Positions 23,801-37,500 of a stretch of DNA of 64,000 nucleotides are shown here, one piece after another. The position numbers and the translations under genes are program-made. The notes under the pieces were generated by a model. The model searched no databases. It was not told where the DNA came from and worked only from the letters and a program-made list of their open reading frames with translations. How positions within the stretch are numbered: position 1 is the first letter of the stretch; each line of letters opens with the position of its first letter. Source of the stretch: Phoronis australis (Eukaryota; Animalia; Phoronida); the NCBI GenBank assembly GCA_002633005.1, contig NMRA01000001.1, positions 4,566,694 to 4,630,693 on the forward strand, given 5' to 3'.

Positions 23801-26690
23801 AATATATGGTGAGTTGGCCTTTAATTTATTCAAGAGTAAATATATGGTTAGTTGACCTTCACTTAATTATTCAATATTAAATATATGGTGAGTTGACCTT
23901 TAATTTATTCTCATTCTAAAATAAGCATGTGGTAAGTTCACCTCTAATTCATTCTTACACTTGTCCGTGTTCTGTATTTTGGTTCTTTCTCGCATTCTTA
24001 TGATTGTGTTTTTGTTTTGAGAAACACGAGTGACTGTACTCATTGTTACATCTGTAATATTGCAGGATTTCCAAATGAAGCTGCAGCTCCAATTGCTATA
24101 GACACAGTCAGACAGTTTTTGGAGACGGATTATGGCTCTCAGGTAACCGTAAAACAAGCAATTACCAACAACTTGCCCATGTTAAAGCACACAGATACAT
24201 CAAATTTTCTTACTTTTGTAATGAGTGTTTGTCTGTACAACGATAGACACATAATGAGGTAATGTGCCCAGGGCTTGTTGGGATCTGCTCAAAACTGGTA
24301 ATTGCTATCCTGTCCCAAACTGAGCTGGCGTTAGTGGGTGCTGCAGTTGTCAAGTCCACCCAAAAATCAACTGGGATCAGTGCATTACCATCACATATTT
24401 CTGTATCAAAGTTTCATTGAAATCTGTCAATCTCTTTTCTATTTTATCATCTGGAAATACTCTTATTTTGAAAACTTCCAAAAGTCCCTTACCAATACTA
24501 AAATAGCCCACTAAGTCATTGTCGTCCTATACTTCTGTGTCAAGTTTCAATGAAATCCATCAATTTATTTTCTAGGTATCCAGAAAATATGCTCTTTCCT
24601 TAAAAGGTACGACTTTGAAAAATCACCCTGTTGAGACCAAAATGGCAGTAGGAGGTGCTGTAGTGGTTGAATTCGCCCTACTGTCATCACGTACCTCTGT
24701 GTCAAGTTTCATTGAAATTTATCCATTGGTTCTCAAGCTATCATCTGTAATGCTCTTCCCGAAAAGCACACTGAAAAGTCCCACCCTCTGATCTTGGGGG
24801 TGGGGGGCAGGTTAAAAAGTGACATGCACCATTCTATTGATTCCCTACACACTTGTGCCAAATTTGATCAATATCCAAGCAGGGTTTTTGATATACCAAG
24901 GTTGCTCTGGACAGAAGGTTGGCATCATGTGACCACTGTGGATGCACAAAAATAGGGCTGGATTATGCGGACATTTGGTTTTCAAAAATTGTGGTTGACC
25001 CCCTTGCAACACCTTAAATCTGCAAGTTCTTAGCCAACCTGCGCCTCACTCCATACAGACATTGACTCATCTCTACCCATTTGACAAATTATTTGTGAAA
25101 TGTATCATAAATAACAATGTGTTTATGTCCTTTTTCACCCAACATACGGAATAACGTTGGATTGAGAAGAATCGCCAATAGCATCACTCAAGATGGTGGA
25201 ATGATCGTCTGTCTGAAAATTGCCAATAAAATCATTGAAAGCTAAATTTGATTTGATAGTCAACGGTCACAGACTTATTCAAAATTGTTAGCTGTGCAAA
25301 TTAGGGTGACCTGGATATTTCATTTCTACAGCTTTACCAAGGTTTTTAAATTTGAACTGTTTCGATTTCAATTCTTTATTTCAGGTTGACCGCATTATTT
25401 TTTGTTTGTTCATGGAGGTCGACGTTAAACTCTACCAGGCATATATGCAGCGCTTCTTCCCAGTGGTGAATGCCAGCCGCCAATCTCCTGAGCTTTCAAA
25501 GGTAGCCACGCCCACTTCACCAGAAGCTCCTCCCACACTGGGTGCAGACAGCCAAAATAATAATGCTAATGGTGAACCTTCAGATGTTGCCACTGAAGGG
25601 GCCGTGTCGATGTCAGTTGAAGCCTCTCCCACTGATGAGCCCACCCCTACGTCATTTCCTGGCCCTTCTAACAAAGGCAGTGAAGAAGCCCGGCCCATGT
25701 CACTGGAGGTCCATCCGACGGATCTTGATGAGCCTTCAGATGTAACTTGTGATGAGACCACACCCATGTCCCTTGAGACTATTCCTACACAGAATTCAGA
25801 TAGTCAAAATACTACTGCTGATGATGAAGACTTGATCTTACCCGAGGTAAGTTGAGCTTGAGCTGTGTTGGATGTCAGTACTAAGCTGTGAATGACACAA
25901 GTGTCTGTGGTGTAATTGTAAAGGAGTGAAGAGCTTTCAGTCATGGCAAGGACACTAAATAGTTTGAATAGTTTGAATTAACCTTTGGGCATACTGGCAT
26001 GGTTAATCAAGTTTAAAATTTCACAACCTTGTTCAGACATGTCCAATATTATTCAAGCCTTTTAGTGTACCTCATTCAGAGCTCGCTTAACCTTGCTAGT
26101 AACAAAATTGTGTCTACAGCATGAGCTACGTTGACGTGTGATTTGTGTATTTTGCGTGGTGATGGATTTTGCTACATTTAAACAGTACATTCAACTTATG
26201 TTACTGACCAGCTGTCTTATTCCAGCTTTCACAGCAGTGGTTACATAGAGGAACCGGCCTAAGGTTTTCCAAGCTCGGAATTTAGTGTTAAAAATGTGGC
26301 TGGCCCAACAAGATTTTTGAGATTTTTTGACAAACCTACTTTACCTTAATGATCAGAAGTGTTTTTCAAGCTAACTGAGCAACATTTAAAAAAGAAGCAA
26401 GCTGCAAGAAAAAATGTGATATACTATTAAGCTTGACCTAGTTTAGTCGCATTTAGTGAAGTACCTAAATTGTAATGAGTTTTGTTGGTATGTTATTAAT
26501 TTGCCTTACTCCATAAACAGACGCTGGATATTTCCTTGGCTGTGCTGTTGCTTCTGTTATTAAAATGCTACATATTCATTGCATTCTGTTTAAGGTTCCC
26601 GAGAGTGACCCTGATGAGAGTGACCCTAACGATGATGCTGTGCCTGCTGAAAAAGTGAAGAAACCAAACGATTGTCCACCACCAAAGTAG
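20884..26690 (+). CDS. MACROD2: MacroD-type ADP-ribose glycohydrolase (MACROD1/2 co-ortholog). Exons 20884-21012, 21691-21849, 22417-22536, 23185-23288, 23585-23615, 24066-24142, 25385-25846, 26595-26690; start exon uncertain (candidate ATG exon about 19607-19649)
   Basis: In-frame GT-AG exon chain: [15 protein letters not shown]...LKDILTW; [30 protein letters not shown]|[10 protein letters not shown]...CDTGDA...GYKLPAK|YVVHTVGP...LRSCY...LKSI|[10 protein letters not shown]|GFPNEAAA..A...VRQFL|VDRIIFCLF. These are the diagnostic macrodomain motifs. Acidic disordered tail as in MACROD2; AATAAA near 28641. Confidence 0.93.
23608..23945. repeat. ~38-42-bp minisatellite, about 8 copies, each carrying a copy of the exon/intron junction ATATATG|GTGAGTT
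   Basis: Directly visible. Confidence 0.9.
24335..24900. repeat. Internally repetitive interspersed element (TGTGTCAAGTTTCATTGAAAT core, 3-4 times)
   Basis: Core seen at about 24402, 24537, 24698 and, degenerate, 24853. Confidence 0.55.
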
Positions 26691-28024
26691 GACTGTTCAC
26701 ATGGAGACATTGATTGTGTAGTTCTCCCATAGGGGTCGTTTAATGCCAGTTTTCAACATGGATTTGTTGAAGAGTCTTTAATCTCATATTTTAGCCTGAC
26801 ATGGCGTCCACTAGCAGTTCATGATGTAAACAGAACCCTCCGTCCAACGGACATCTTAATGGTGTAATTGATAATCCCAAGGCTTAACACTGATTGTGCA
26901 CCTGAAACATGGTCCCCTTTCAACCAGCAGCAATGTACACAAATAGACACTCTTAACTTGTGTGTGAGTGATGTCTTTCCCAGGCAACCAGCTCAAGTAT
27001 ACAGTTGGAGTTAAGATCACTGTAATTGACTGCTATATGATGGTGAATATATCATTTGTCCTGTCTATCGCATTTGTTTTGTGCTCCGAATTTTGTTATT
27101 GACCCTGGTGTTATCCCAGAGTGTTTATCACTATTGTGATGTGATTTGAACCCAGGAATAGAAATACAGATTCTGTCACATCTTATTGTCAAAAATTTTG
27201 CAGGTCTTGGATATTTTTGTTTTGCAGGTAACCACGAGGCTGTCTTTGTACTTGAAACAAAATTAAGTGTTTGGATTAATCAGTTAGGGGAGACAACAGC
27301 TGCACCCATCTCTTGCTCCCGGGCAGTTGAGAAGGGTTATCTGAGATTGACCAAGTCAATATCACCACAGTAGTTTAAAGTGTTGTGTAAAATAGGTCAT
27401 TAACATTTTATTGGTTTTAATTTTGGGTTTTTAATCAAAATGACCTCGTACTAAACATGCCCATATCCGTATGCAGTGTCACGGTGTGTGCATATCGACT
27501 CTCTGCTTTGTTTATGGTGCACATGTTGGATGAATATCATCACGGTTCCAGTCGTATGGGGTGCACATTGTGGCCGCATATCAAGGTTTTTTGTTGCTCC
27601 TCCCATTCTGGGAAACAAAAAAATTTCTTCTAAGCATACTGAACCCTTCTTTGTGATTACAACCTGGGCTGTTCATTCACTTGCTAATGCATATTGGCAT
27701 TCCACTTGAGTGATAAAGTAAGATTCGACTAAAAACTGGTACTCACTGTATCACAAGTTGGATATTATGGTTTTCGGTGGTTGACCTTTCCCTACAGCCC
27801 TAAAGGGTAGGTCACACTTGATATGTATTAAAAGGCTAAAACTAGGATTGGTGTAATTTTAAAAAATAGTTATTAGTCTTGTGGATAATCTTAAAATTAG
27901 AATAATTGTGATGTGAATAGTTGTCAAATAATTACTGCTAATGGGTGATGCTTGTAAATTTTATTTTGAAGCAGAAATGTTATCTTGTGTTGTGGTTATT
28001 ATTCAGTTCCAGTTTAACTGATGA

Positions 28025-28067
28025 GGCAATGTTTCACAGTTGGCTAAGCCAACTGTGAAACACTGCC
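28025..28067. repeat. Near-perfect palindrome (20-bp arms, 3-nt loop) in the putative MacroD 3' UTR
   Basis: GGCAATGTTTCACAGTTGGC-TAA-GCCAACTGTGAAACACTGCC. Confidence 0.85.
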
Positions 28068-31000
28068 GGGGCTATGACCTATAGTCAGAGGGAAAATTGA
28101 TGTGACAGAGATATATTTGGTTTCAGTGATTTGAAACCTGTCATTCATTTGGAAAATTAGAAATGTGATTTGAATTTCTTGTCTCCTGCCTTTACAAACA
28201 TTTCCGTTTGTATGTCTTAACATTTTTACTCTTCATATAAAGTGCCATAATGATTGATTTTGAAGACCCTGTTCATTTTGAAAGAACCATGAGTAGACTA
28301 AATTGTGGTTTTGAATTGGAAGACATGAAATAATGCATAGACGGGCTATGCCATGGGATAACAAGCCTGCTGTGGCCCCACGCAAAATCAGGGCCCATCT
28401 CGTCTCGCCCACGGAAGTTATTTAAAAGATGTGGCGACCGGGGAGCAATCCATCAAGTTAAAATCTGCACGGAGTGGTCCCGTCTTGTCGTCACTGGGGC
28501 TCCACGAAAATTGTTGCACCCTGGTTGAATGGTGTATGTTTGAAAATTGTGTCGACGATGGTTGTAATGACGAGGGTGCTCCGACTTTTTATAACTTGTC
28601 GACGTAATATTTTGTAATATTTAATTCCATGATTTATTCAAATAAACGTCTCTCGATCTCTTTCTTTGTCTCTCTTTCTCTGTTTCTCGCTCCTGGAACA
28701 ATCACAAAGCCACAAACGCAATTTGCTTTTTTCCAGCTCCCGTCAGCTCAATGTAGCGCAATTAAAAGCATCCAGTTATCATTGAACAATTCATCTATTT
28801 TCCTTTGTGTAATATGCATACCGCGCACTGAAGGCGCGGCCCTCGGCCCGTGCCCAAAACATGGCCTTGGTAGTGTGACTGAAATAAAAGTGTATCGTAC
28901 AGACAGATAACAACCAATAAGGGAGACCGGGTAACTTCCCCTCTTTTTGTAAAAAACATTCCTTAGAGGTTTCTAGAAAGCTGTCAGTTTTTTTTTTGCT
29001 ATACCAGTAGCTTAAATATGCCGCACACATTCATTCAGTAGATAAAATTTCCAACAACTGAACTCCAAAGTGCGAGATTTCGCCCGCATTAAATTAATGA
29101 AGTAACTCGAATTCATCGTTGTTTTTTAAGTTTAACAAATTCTAGACTTATCTTCGAGTGACTTCCAATCATATAATCTATTTTGGAAAGGTAAAATCTA
29201 CAAATGTATCTGAAAGTACAACACTTTAAACTCTTCTTAAAAAGGGAGGCATTGTCGACGAGAAAAGAGACTTTTTGAGAACACGGCGCTATGGCAACCG
29301 CCAATTAACGCTGTGTTGACTGAGCTCAATATATAGATGGCAAAGTAATTCAAATGTATTCATAATTGGTAAAGTCGTCACCGAACTTGATTTCAGCGAC
29401 TATCTGTCAGTCCATCACATCCAACAACATCCCCAAAACAGTGCGTTTTTCCGATATGAAAACGAAATGTCCTTTTACTGGAGTTCATACTGCCATGAAC
29501 GCGAGGATAGAACTGACGGTTTTGTAAAACCAACTTCACAAGTTGAATGAAGTTTGTCTCATGATTTAAGCACAGCATTCACAAAAAAGAAGTTCTTGGA
29601 AGCGTCAAGCGGAGGACAAGGAGTACGTGAATGGTTAATCATTTACTTTTGATGAATTAGATCGCTGAGAGTTAATGGTTGGTTAAAATTTATATACTTT
29701 ATTTAAGTTCAGTTTTGCCGTATTGTGTGGTATCGGCCGGCGGCGCCGCAATGAATGACCGAGGTCAGTACCGTGGGGATTTCCGCCGCGGGGCACACTG
29801 GAGACAACTGCTGTGATCACTTCCCGAAGGTAGGCCTATAATTTTGTGATATTTTTGATATCACAAACCATTGTATTTTATACTAAAGTCCCCGTGTTTA
29901 ACTGAACTTGCACATTTCCATGAAATTTTATTCTAACATTTGGCCTATCATGTGGCTGAAATCTGAGAGTTCAGTTTTTCTCAGTTGTTAGCTGTTTTTT
30001 TCTAGAGTCTACTTTTTTCAGCTGTTAGGTTATATTCTCTTAATTACTGAGCACAGTTTTATTCATTGTATTCTGGATATGAACATTTTGTATGTTTTAC
30101 AGAGAGTCTTGAATAAAACTGAGCATATTCTATTCCAATTCTGAAATTACTGAAAAGTGTGTCCCATGCAAAAAGGTCTCGTTGGTGTTAGGAGACCGAA
30201 TGTTATCGTGTGTAAAGGCGGCGTAGTAATCGCTCGTTGGCAGCCATCGGGTTTTTGCAAGGAATTTTCAAACAAACATTTCAGGGTTATCGACGGTTAC
30301 AGAGCATTATTTTGTTTCGATTATCTAGATGTGAAAGTCGTTTTTACTGTTTCTTAATAGGCCAAAACCGGGTTTGGTACCCTTTTACGTCCACGCGCCG
30401 TCATACATCAGAAGATTACGCGAAATTCGAAGTTCACGCATAGAACACCAGATGTCAGTCAGGGCAATATGGCGGCGAATGAGCTTGTTGATGTTGTGGT
30501 GGTTGTTATGTAGGTAGGTGTTGTGATAGTATCTCTGAGCTCGTCATCGCACAAAAGCTGGCACTGGTCGGATATAGCAGTCCCTGGTTATTTGTCTCTT
30601 ATTTAGAGAACCAGGCAATCACTGAATAATGGGCCCGTTACCTAGTGGATGAAGTGGGTGAAACTGGTTCTCTAACTAACTCCGACAAGTGCCGACGTCC
30701 ACTGTCTATGACTATGACAGACTATGTACTTTATGTTATTATATATATGTGTATCTTTTTAAACCTGTTATAAATAGTTCTCGTTTTTGTTGATCTTCAT
30801 TGTTTTACAGTGACATAAAACTTTGGAGAGAGTGTTGTCACTTAAACAATTACAAGAAGAGCAGCACCAATCTAGTTGGAACCCAGAAATTTGCCTATCA
30901 CAAATAAAAATTCCAACAGAGGCTGCCCCAAACTATCTAAACTATCATATTCTATGGACGATAGTTTACCTCGAGTGAAACCCATCAATCCGTCAAAGAA

Positions 31001-31574
31001 GACCTATCGTCAATATATCTGATAGTCTGATGATATACGCCAGCATTCCTATAGGGGGATTGCCGCAAATCAATGCATTTGACAGACCAAACAGGGCTTC
31101 TCAGCTCTACTATCATTTGAAACTATAGCCTATCAGATGTATACTGCCAGCCAACTATGTGTTGTTTAAGGGTATGGCTGGCTTGACTTGTTACAACTTT
31201 CTCAAATTCATTTGCCATTCCAAGCAGTGAATGGTTGTTGATGGAGGGAGGGCTTCATTCCTGAAATTGGGCACCTCTGAAATTCTGACCCAAATGATGA
31301 TGTTTGTGTGTTGCTGCTTGAGGATCAGAAGACATGGAAATTTTTGGGACTGTTACCAACCTAATCACAAATGGCACAATTGACTGAAAATGACTTTGAC
31401 GTAAAACAGCAAACTTTGATATAAATTGTATTAATAGTGATGGGACATCACACAACCTTCTTTTCTCTGAAACTATTGTTTGTAATGTTTTAGATTGAAT
31501 TAGAAACTTTCTTTTTCAGTGCACAGTTCATTCATCTGATCGCCTTACAGTAACTGAGTTCTTCACTAGACAAT

Positions 31575-34500
31575 ATGTCTAAGATGAAGAGCTTGTTCAA
31601 GTTCAAGAAGAGTCAAACAGACGTAAGTGACACACTATCTGCATTTCAACGTTTGTCAGAATCCTAGAAATTTTCCTGGAATCATTTTACTCTATTCTGT
31701 TATGTCCCCATGCGGTCAAGAATCCCCGCAACTTCTGTAGCCCCTGTGGAAGACCTTGAGAATACGCTTTTCAAATGTGTGTGAGGCTGATAATGTCTAT
31801 TTGCTAATACCTTGCAATACTGCCACTGCCAAGATCTCTCTGCCTTTGAATTTTAATTTTAAATAAATAATGGTCTTAGTCATGAATTGTGTTAAACATG
31901 TTTGTTCAGTCATTTATGTCACTATGTAAGTGTATGATCGCATGGATTGTAACAGACTCAGCAGTATCAGTAGAAGAGTATGTAATAAAACTATTATCGT
32001 CCTTCAGAATAGTATTATCCTTGGATTGCGTTCTCGCACTGCGTCGCGCATTCAACGTTCCTAACCAAACAGAATGCCTTTCACTGCTAGCACATCAACA
32101 TGCTTTTATTCAATGAAGTACCCATAACAATTATAGGTCCGTGGGCCTAGTTTTGCAGCCACAGTTAAAACTGTGTGTGATTTGTAGTGTTTACCCAAAA
32201 TGAACAGTGTCGGCAAGTGTCAAATAAGAGCCTTTCATAATTGCATTTTAGAAACAAGTTATGTGACAAATTGTTCAGGGTGGAGATCATGGTACAATGG
32301 CTCATGTAAGATTGAGATAAACAACACAGGGAGCTGAGCAATTTGCTTATATCTGCAAAATAAGTTAAGCTGACCGGATGCTTATGAACAAGTAGCTGGT
32401 TGTGGCGTCACATTCTTGACCCATTTTTGTATGTCAGACCACCAAGTGTGCAATATCTTTCAGTTGTCTGACTGGAACAAGGCTGATGACAAGCTGGTGG
32501 CTGCCATTGAAGATGGAAATATCGATAAAGTGGAGAGCTTATTGAAAAAGAAGCACTGTTCTATGAACAAGGTCAATGATCGTGGACAAACTGTGTAAGT
32601 CTAGGATGATAATGTTAAGGTCAAACAATATTCAACGCCCTTCTTTTCAATCGTCATCTACTTTAAAACCTGGAACTCATCTCTTTCCCGGAACTCTCAT
32701 TGCACAACCCCCTGCCCTCATCAATCTCCCCTCAGCCTTTCCTCTTAAACCCCCTCCCTTTCAACCTGGCGTTTTATTTTAGTGCACTACTATGAAAATT
32801 TTAGGTTGCTTGGAAATTCAACTTCTGCGCACCTAATTTTTAGTTGTTCCTGTCAGTTGTTAATGTCGAGCCCTGGCTTTTATTCGCATATAAAGCCACA
32901 CCATTTTTGGATTATATAAGGAAAGTCTTTAAATTTTATTGTTTTTTTTTGCCAATCAGCCTTGAGAACTCTGCCAAAATTAATAACCTATTGACTGGAA
33001 AAACTATTGCACGATAATATTGAAATAATTTATAAATTAAATTCAAGAAGTATGTGTTGTAAAGCTTTAACATGATTGTCGGAATGACCTTGAACTTGTG
33101 TATGGAATTGTTGATTATGATTAAAGTAACCCTCTTACTTGCGAGATATTGGATCCGTCTCATGACCGTCAGTTTGGTGATGTATAGCATGTCTTTAAAT
33201 GAAATGTAGTGTAGACCTTATGTATTTTCCTGCCAATGCCCCTATATGGAGACCAAAGTTAATGTTGTTTCCACTGTGATTCTTTTGCCTGTATCAAGGT
33301 GGTGTCTTCCATCATATTTATGTAAAAATGCCAATTGTGAGAGATATTGTAGCCCAGGTAGCCCAAAAGATGTGTGAATCAGAATTAACACATTCCTCTA
33401 GCATTATATGAGCAAGTCAGTGTGTGGGTCTTAAGAGTATACTCATGCAGTGTGAGTAGTACATAACAGTGCTCTGAGTAATACAGGTGATATATGTTTT
33501 CAGCGTACATATTGCCACAGTGAATGGTTTTGTTGAGGCGATACAACGCATGATTGCCCATCAGGCTGACATCTGTGTACCCGACTCCCAGGGCCGTACA
33601 CCTCTGCATATTGCAGCAAGACATGGCAAGACGGAGATCGTGGAAGTACTGCTGAAAGTGAGTCTATGTTGTTAGTTACGTTCGAATTTTATGGTTTTGT
33701 AGCTTTGAGAGTATAGTTTGATTTTACCATGAACATGTATGCCCCCCCTCAGTGCTTAACCTCTTTTGTGTCTCCTGCATATAGCATTGTGTTGTACCAT
33801 CCTTGCATTGTACAATATGACATCCGATTGACTCCAAGTCCTGGCTCATTACTCTCAAGTTCATGACAGGTTAGAGGAAATCCAACTGCAGTTTGCTGAG
33901 TGACCCTATGTTTTGTAGGTGAAGACTGGTCAGTGGCCAAAAGATGACTGCCAGTGGACACCCCTTCACCACGCGTGTCTGTCAGGCAACCGGGACTGTG
34001 TCCAGTTATTACTCAAGATACAGACTCCACCAGATTTTCAGTCTGCTGACCAGGTACTCACCAATGGTCAGTCTAGATAGGGCTGACCTGTAGATGTTGT
34101 AGATTTGTTGTCAACCAATATTGACCACTTTAGTCATCCCACTGGATACAGTAGTACTATTACAAGGTCTGTTTAGTGTCTGAGTAGGCATCTGCCAAAA
34201 ATAATGGTCTGACTTGAAAAGAACATTGCTGTGATGAGTATTTGATGACACCGTGTCAAAAGACTGCTGTTGTCAAGCAAACAAAGTAATACAATTATAC
34301 CCAAGCTCATCTTGTTTGATTCGTTCTGTTACAGGGCATTTTTGTTTCTCTGCACTTAGCATTTTTGTTTTAACATTGTTTTATATTTCAGGAAGGCAAG
34401 ACTCCATTGTTTTTAGCAGCTCAGATGGGCCACACCATGATATGTAAAGATCTCATTGACAGGGGAGTTAATGTCAACGCAACAGATAACAGCTGCAGGT

Positions 34501-37500
34501 GTGTTCAATGTGAAGTACATAGCATTAAGACTAACAGGTCACAGTATCTGTGCCACTGTGCTTTGTGTGATCTTGTTTGTAGTTTTAGTTTAATTTTGAT
34601 TGTTTTCTAGCGATGGAAAAACTGTTGAGATGAATGACTGTTATGCATTTTAATGTTATTTAAAGAAGTTATTTTTAAAACATGTCTTCTCAGTGTGTAC
34701 CACGATTCCACTTGCACTTTGACTAGGCAATGGGAACTTGTACTGCCTATCTTAAAGTACAGTGGCAGGGTCTAGCTATACTACCAAGTATATACTGCCA
34801 AGTATCTTCAAGGATTTGTTTTATTAATCTTTGTTTCCTCTAATTCATTTCTTCATCTTAAGAACGCCTCTGATGTATGCTGCTGAGCATGGGAACAAGG
34901 AGACGTGTGAATTTCTGGTTAAGAAGGGCTCCGTGGCATCCATAAAGGACAAGCTAGGTCGTACCGCTGGATGGTACGCTCTGGATGCTGGCCACAGTGA
35001 TATCAAGTACATCCTGGACAGAGCTCCGTCACAAGCATCGTGGGATATCAGTGAGGGGGGTCCACAACACGAGTCTGATCCAGACCAGGTACTCCGTGGT
35101 TTTGTGCATGTATTTAACACAAAGCTAATCAATTGCAATGTTTGCTTTAACTGTGAAGTGAAGATTGTTATTGTGATTATCTCTAGGGCTTCTTGGAAAA
35201 GTTGTTTTAACATTAAAATTGTTCAGTCTAAGATTGCAGTCAAATTTTAAGTATTAAGTAATATTTGCTTGAGCTGCCGATTTAACTGCAGTCAATTTGA
35301 AGGGGATGTTTGATTCCCCTCCTCTGTCCTTCACACTCGCCAAGTGTAAATATCTCTTTCTCAACTGTTTCTAGGCCAACTGTGTTGCGACTTTCGACCA
35401 AAGCCCTCCCACTGAGCACAAGGAGACGGAGAATAACGAGGTAAGTAAAAATAGTTACAACATCCAGTTGATTACGTGGGCGCGTATTGCTAACATCTTT
35501 GTTTGGGAGTTCTGAGCTTGTCGTCTTGCACCTGCTGCTGCCTCCCCTAAACCAATTGCTGGATTTTCTTGAAATTTGGGTGAAGGCGTTTCTATGAAGC
35601 TGGTGACAGATTACGACGATTTCTGAATGAATGCATTTACTGGCGTGCTGCTAGTGGCAATTTCAAAATTTTTACCTTTAATTCCTCAACAGATATTTTG
35701 CAGAACTTTTCAAATATATAATTATGTGTCGAGATAATGACGACATTTCCCATTTCGAACGAGTTTGGCAGTGTGTACCCCTTGGAGTCATTTTTATTAT
35801 TTTCTAGTTTTGTTTTTGGTGTTCATCTCTTTCTTGGTTGAAGGATCATTATGAACTTTGGTGGATGTATTTGTATTGAAAAGAGCACAGCTAATTTAGA
35901 TTTTCCGGCGAGTTGGAAAACTGGACAGGTGCCTCTACTGGCAGTTTTGTTTCTTTGTCTCTGCCTCAGTTAATACCAGATTCCTTGATGGATCAACAGG
36001 AACTTGATGGAGCGCATAGATGGCGCTGACTTTGGTTGGAGTGTGACGATTGTACCATCTTTTAGTGGAGATTTAGTTTTTCTTTGTATGTTTATCATGT
36101 CTACCAAGTTCCTTGACAGATTTTCCTAAAATTTGGAAAATAGGTCACAGGGACAGTGTTACCTTCCCATTTTTAGACGGATTAGACATATTCTGCACAA
36201 CCTAGCAGCCAGTTTCCTTTTTTGGTGTCAGCCATACTGCTCGAAGAAAAATGAAGTAAAATCTGGCAGATGTTTTCCTATGGACAGTAGCGTGCTGACA
36301 TTAATATTCGGACGGATCCAAATTCAACATGTCTCATAGGTGTTATGACTCAGCTTGATGTCCGTTATTATTTTTCACTTAATTGTGTTATTTCAGGATG
36401 ATGATGAGTGGCCATCTTCAGAAGAAGAGTCAGATATTGACAATACTCGGCAGCAACTTGAGACTTCTCCACGCGAAGTCACTTATGATGCTTATAAGGT
36501 CAGTTATGTCTTTTGCTTGATGAGTTTTGATCTTACTGTATTATTTGTTTATTCTCGAGTTGTTTTAAAAGATAATTCCAATCTTAAGTAAATTCTAGGA
36601 AATGTACTTTTTTGATTTTCACCATATGTCTACATTTCACTTAATTTTCAAATCGCAAATTTCTAACATTTTCGTTAACTTTTTAATTGTACAATTCCCT
36701 TGCCAGATAAATTGTTTCTACGTAAAAGTAAAAGTAAAAAGGTATATATTTATATGTGGACGCACTATGCCGTTATCCCTGTTTGTTTGTCTGTAAGGCA
36801 CCTGTCTGTCGTTCAGTGTCTACAAAACCCCTGAATGCATATTCAGTTTTGCAGCTATTTTCTTTACATGGATGAGATGGGGTGAGCGAATTTTCAAAGG
36901 GATTTGAGAACCGGTGTGCCCCCTAGTGTCAATATTTAATTTTTTATGTTTGCCTCTGTTTCTTCGAAGTTCGTTTGAGTTTTTCGTCACCCATCTCTCT
37001 ATCGGCCAAACCACTCTGAGGATAGTTATGAATAGTAGCATATAGGTTCTTACTAGGAAGAAGACATCTGAGTAGGATTTTCAGACATTTCTAAATTCTG
37101 TGGCACCACCTAATGGCACCTTTTTGCATCTGTGGTTGTATCTCCTATACTCTCTGCAAGATCTTTTCTTAAATTCGGCAAATGTATGTGTACAGAGGTG
37201 ACAGCGAACGACAACAACTTTTTCAGGTATTCAACTGCTGCTGTGCCCTCTAGTGGCAATTTTAGTCGTTTATGATCTTGGCAGATATGTTCATATTGAG
37301 GAGAGTATTGCTGACTTACTATGCACCCCCTAGTTGCCGTTTCAAGTTTACTGGCACTGCTGCCTGGAGTGGGTATATTCAAAATAGCAATTATCGCTTG
37401 TATCTGCACCATGTGCGATACAAACAGACATTTGTCGTTAAGTGTCACACGGGATGCATGCTGTCACCTAGTGACACAGAAACACTTGATGTAGTTGTCG

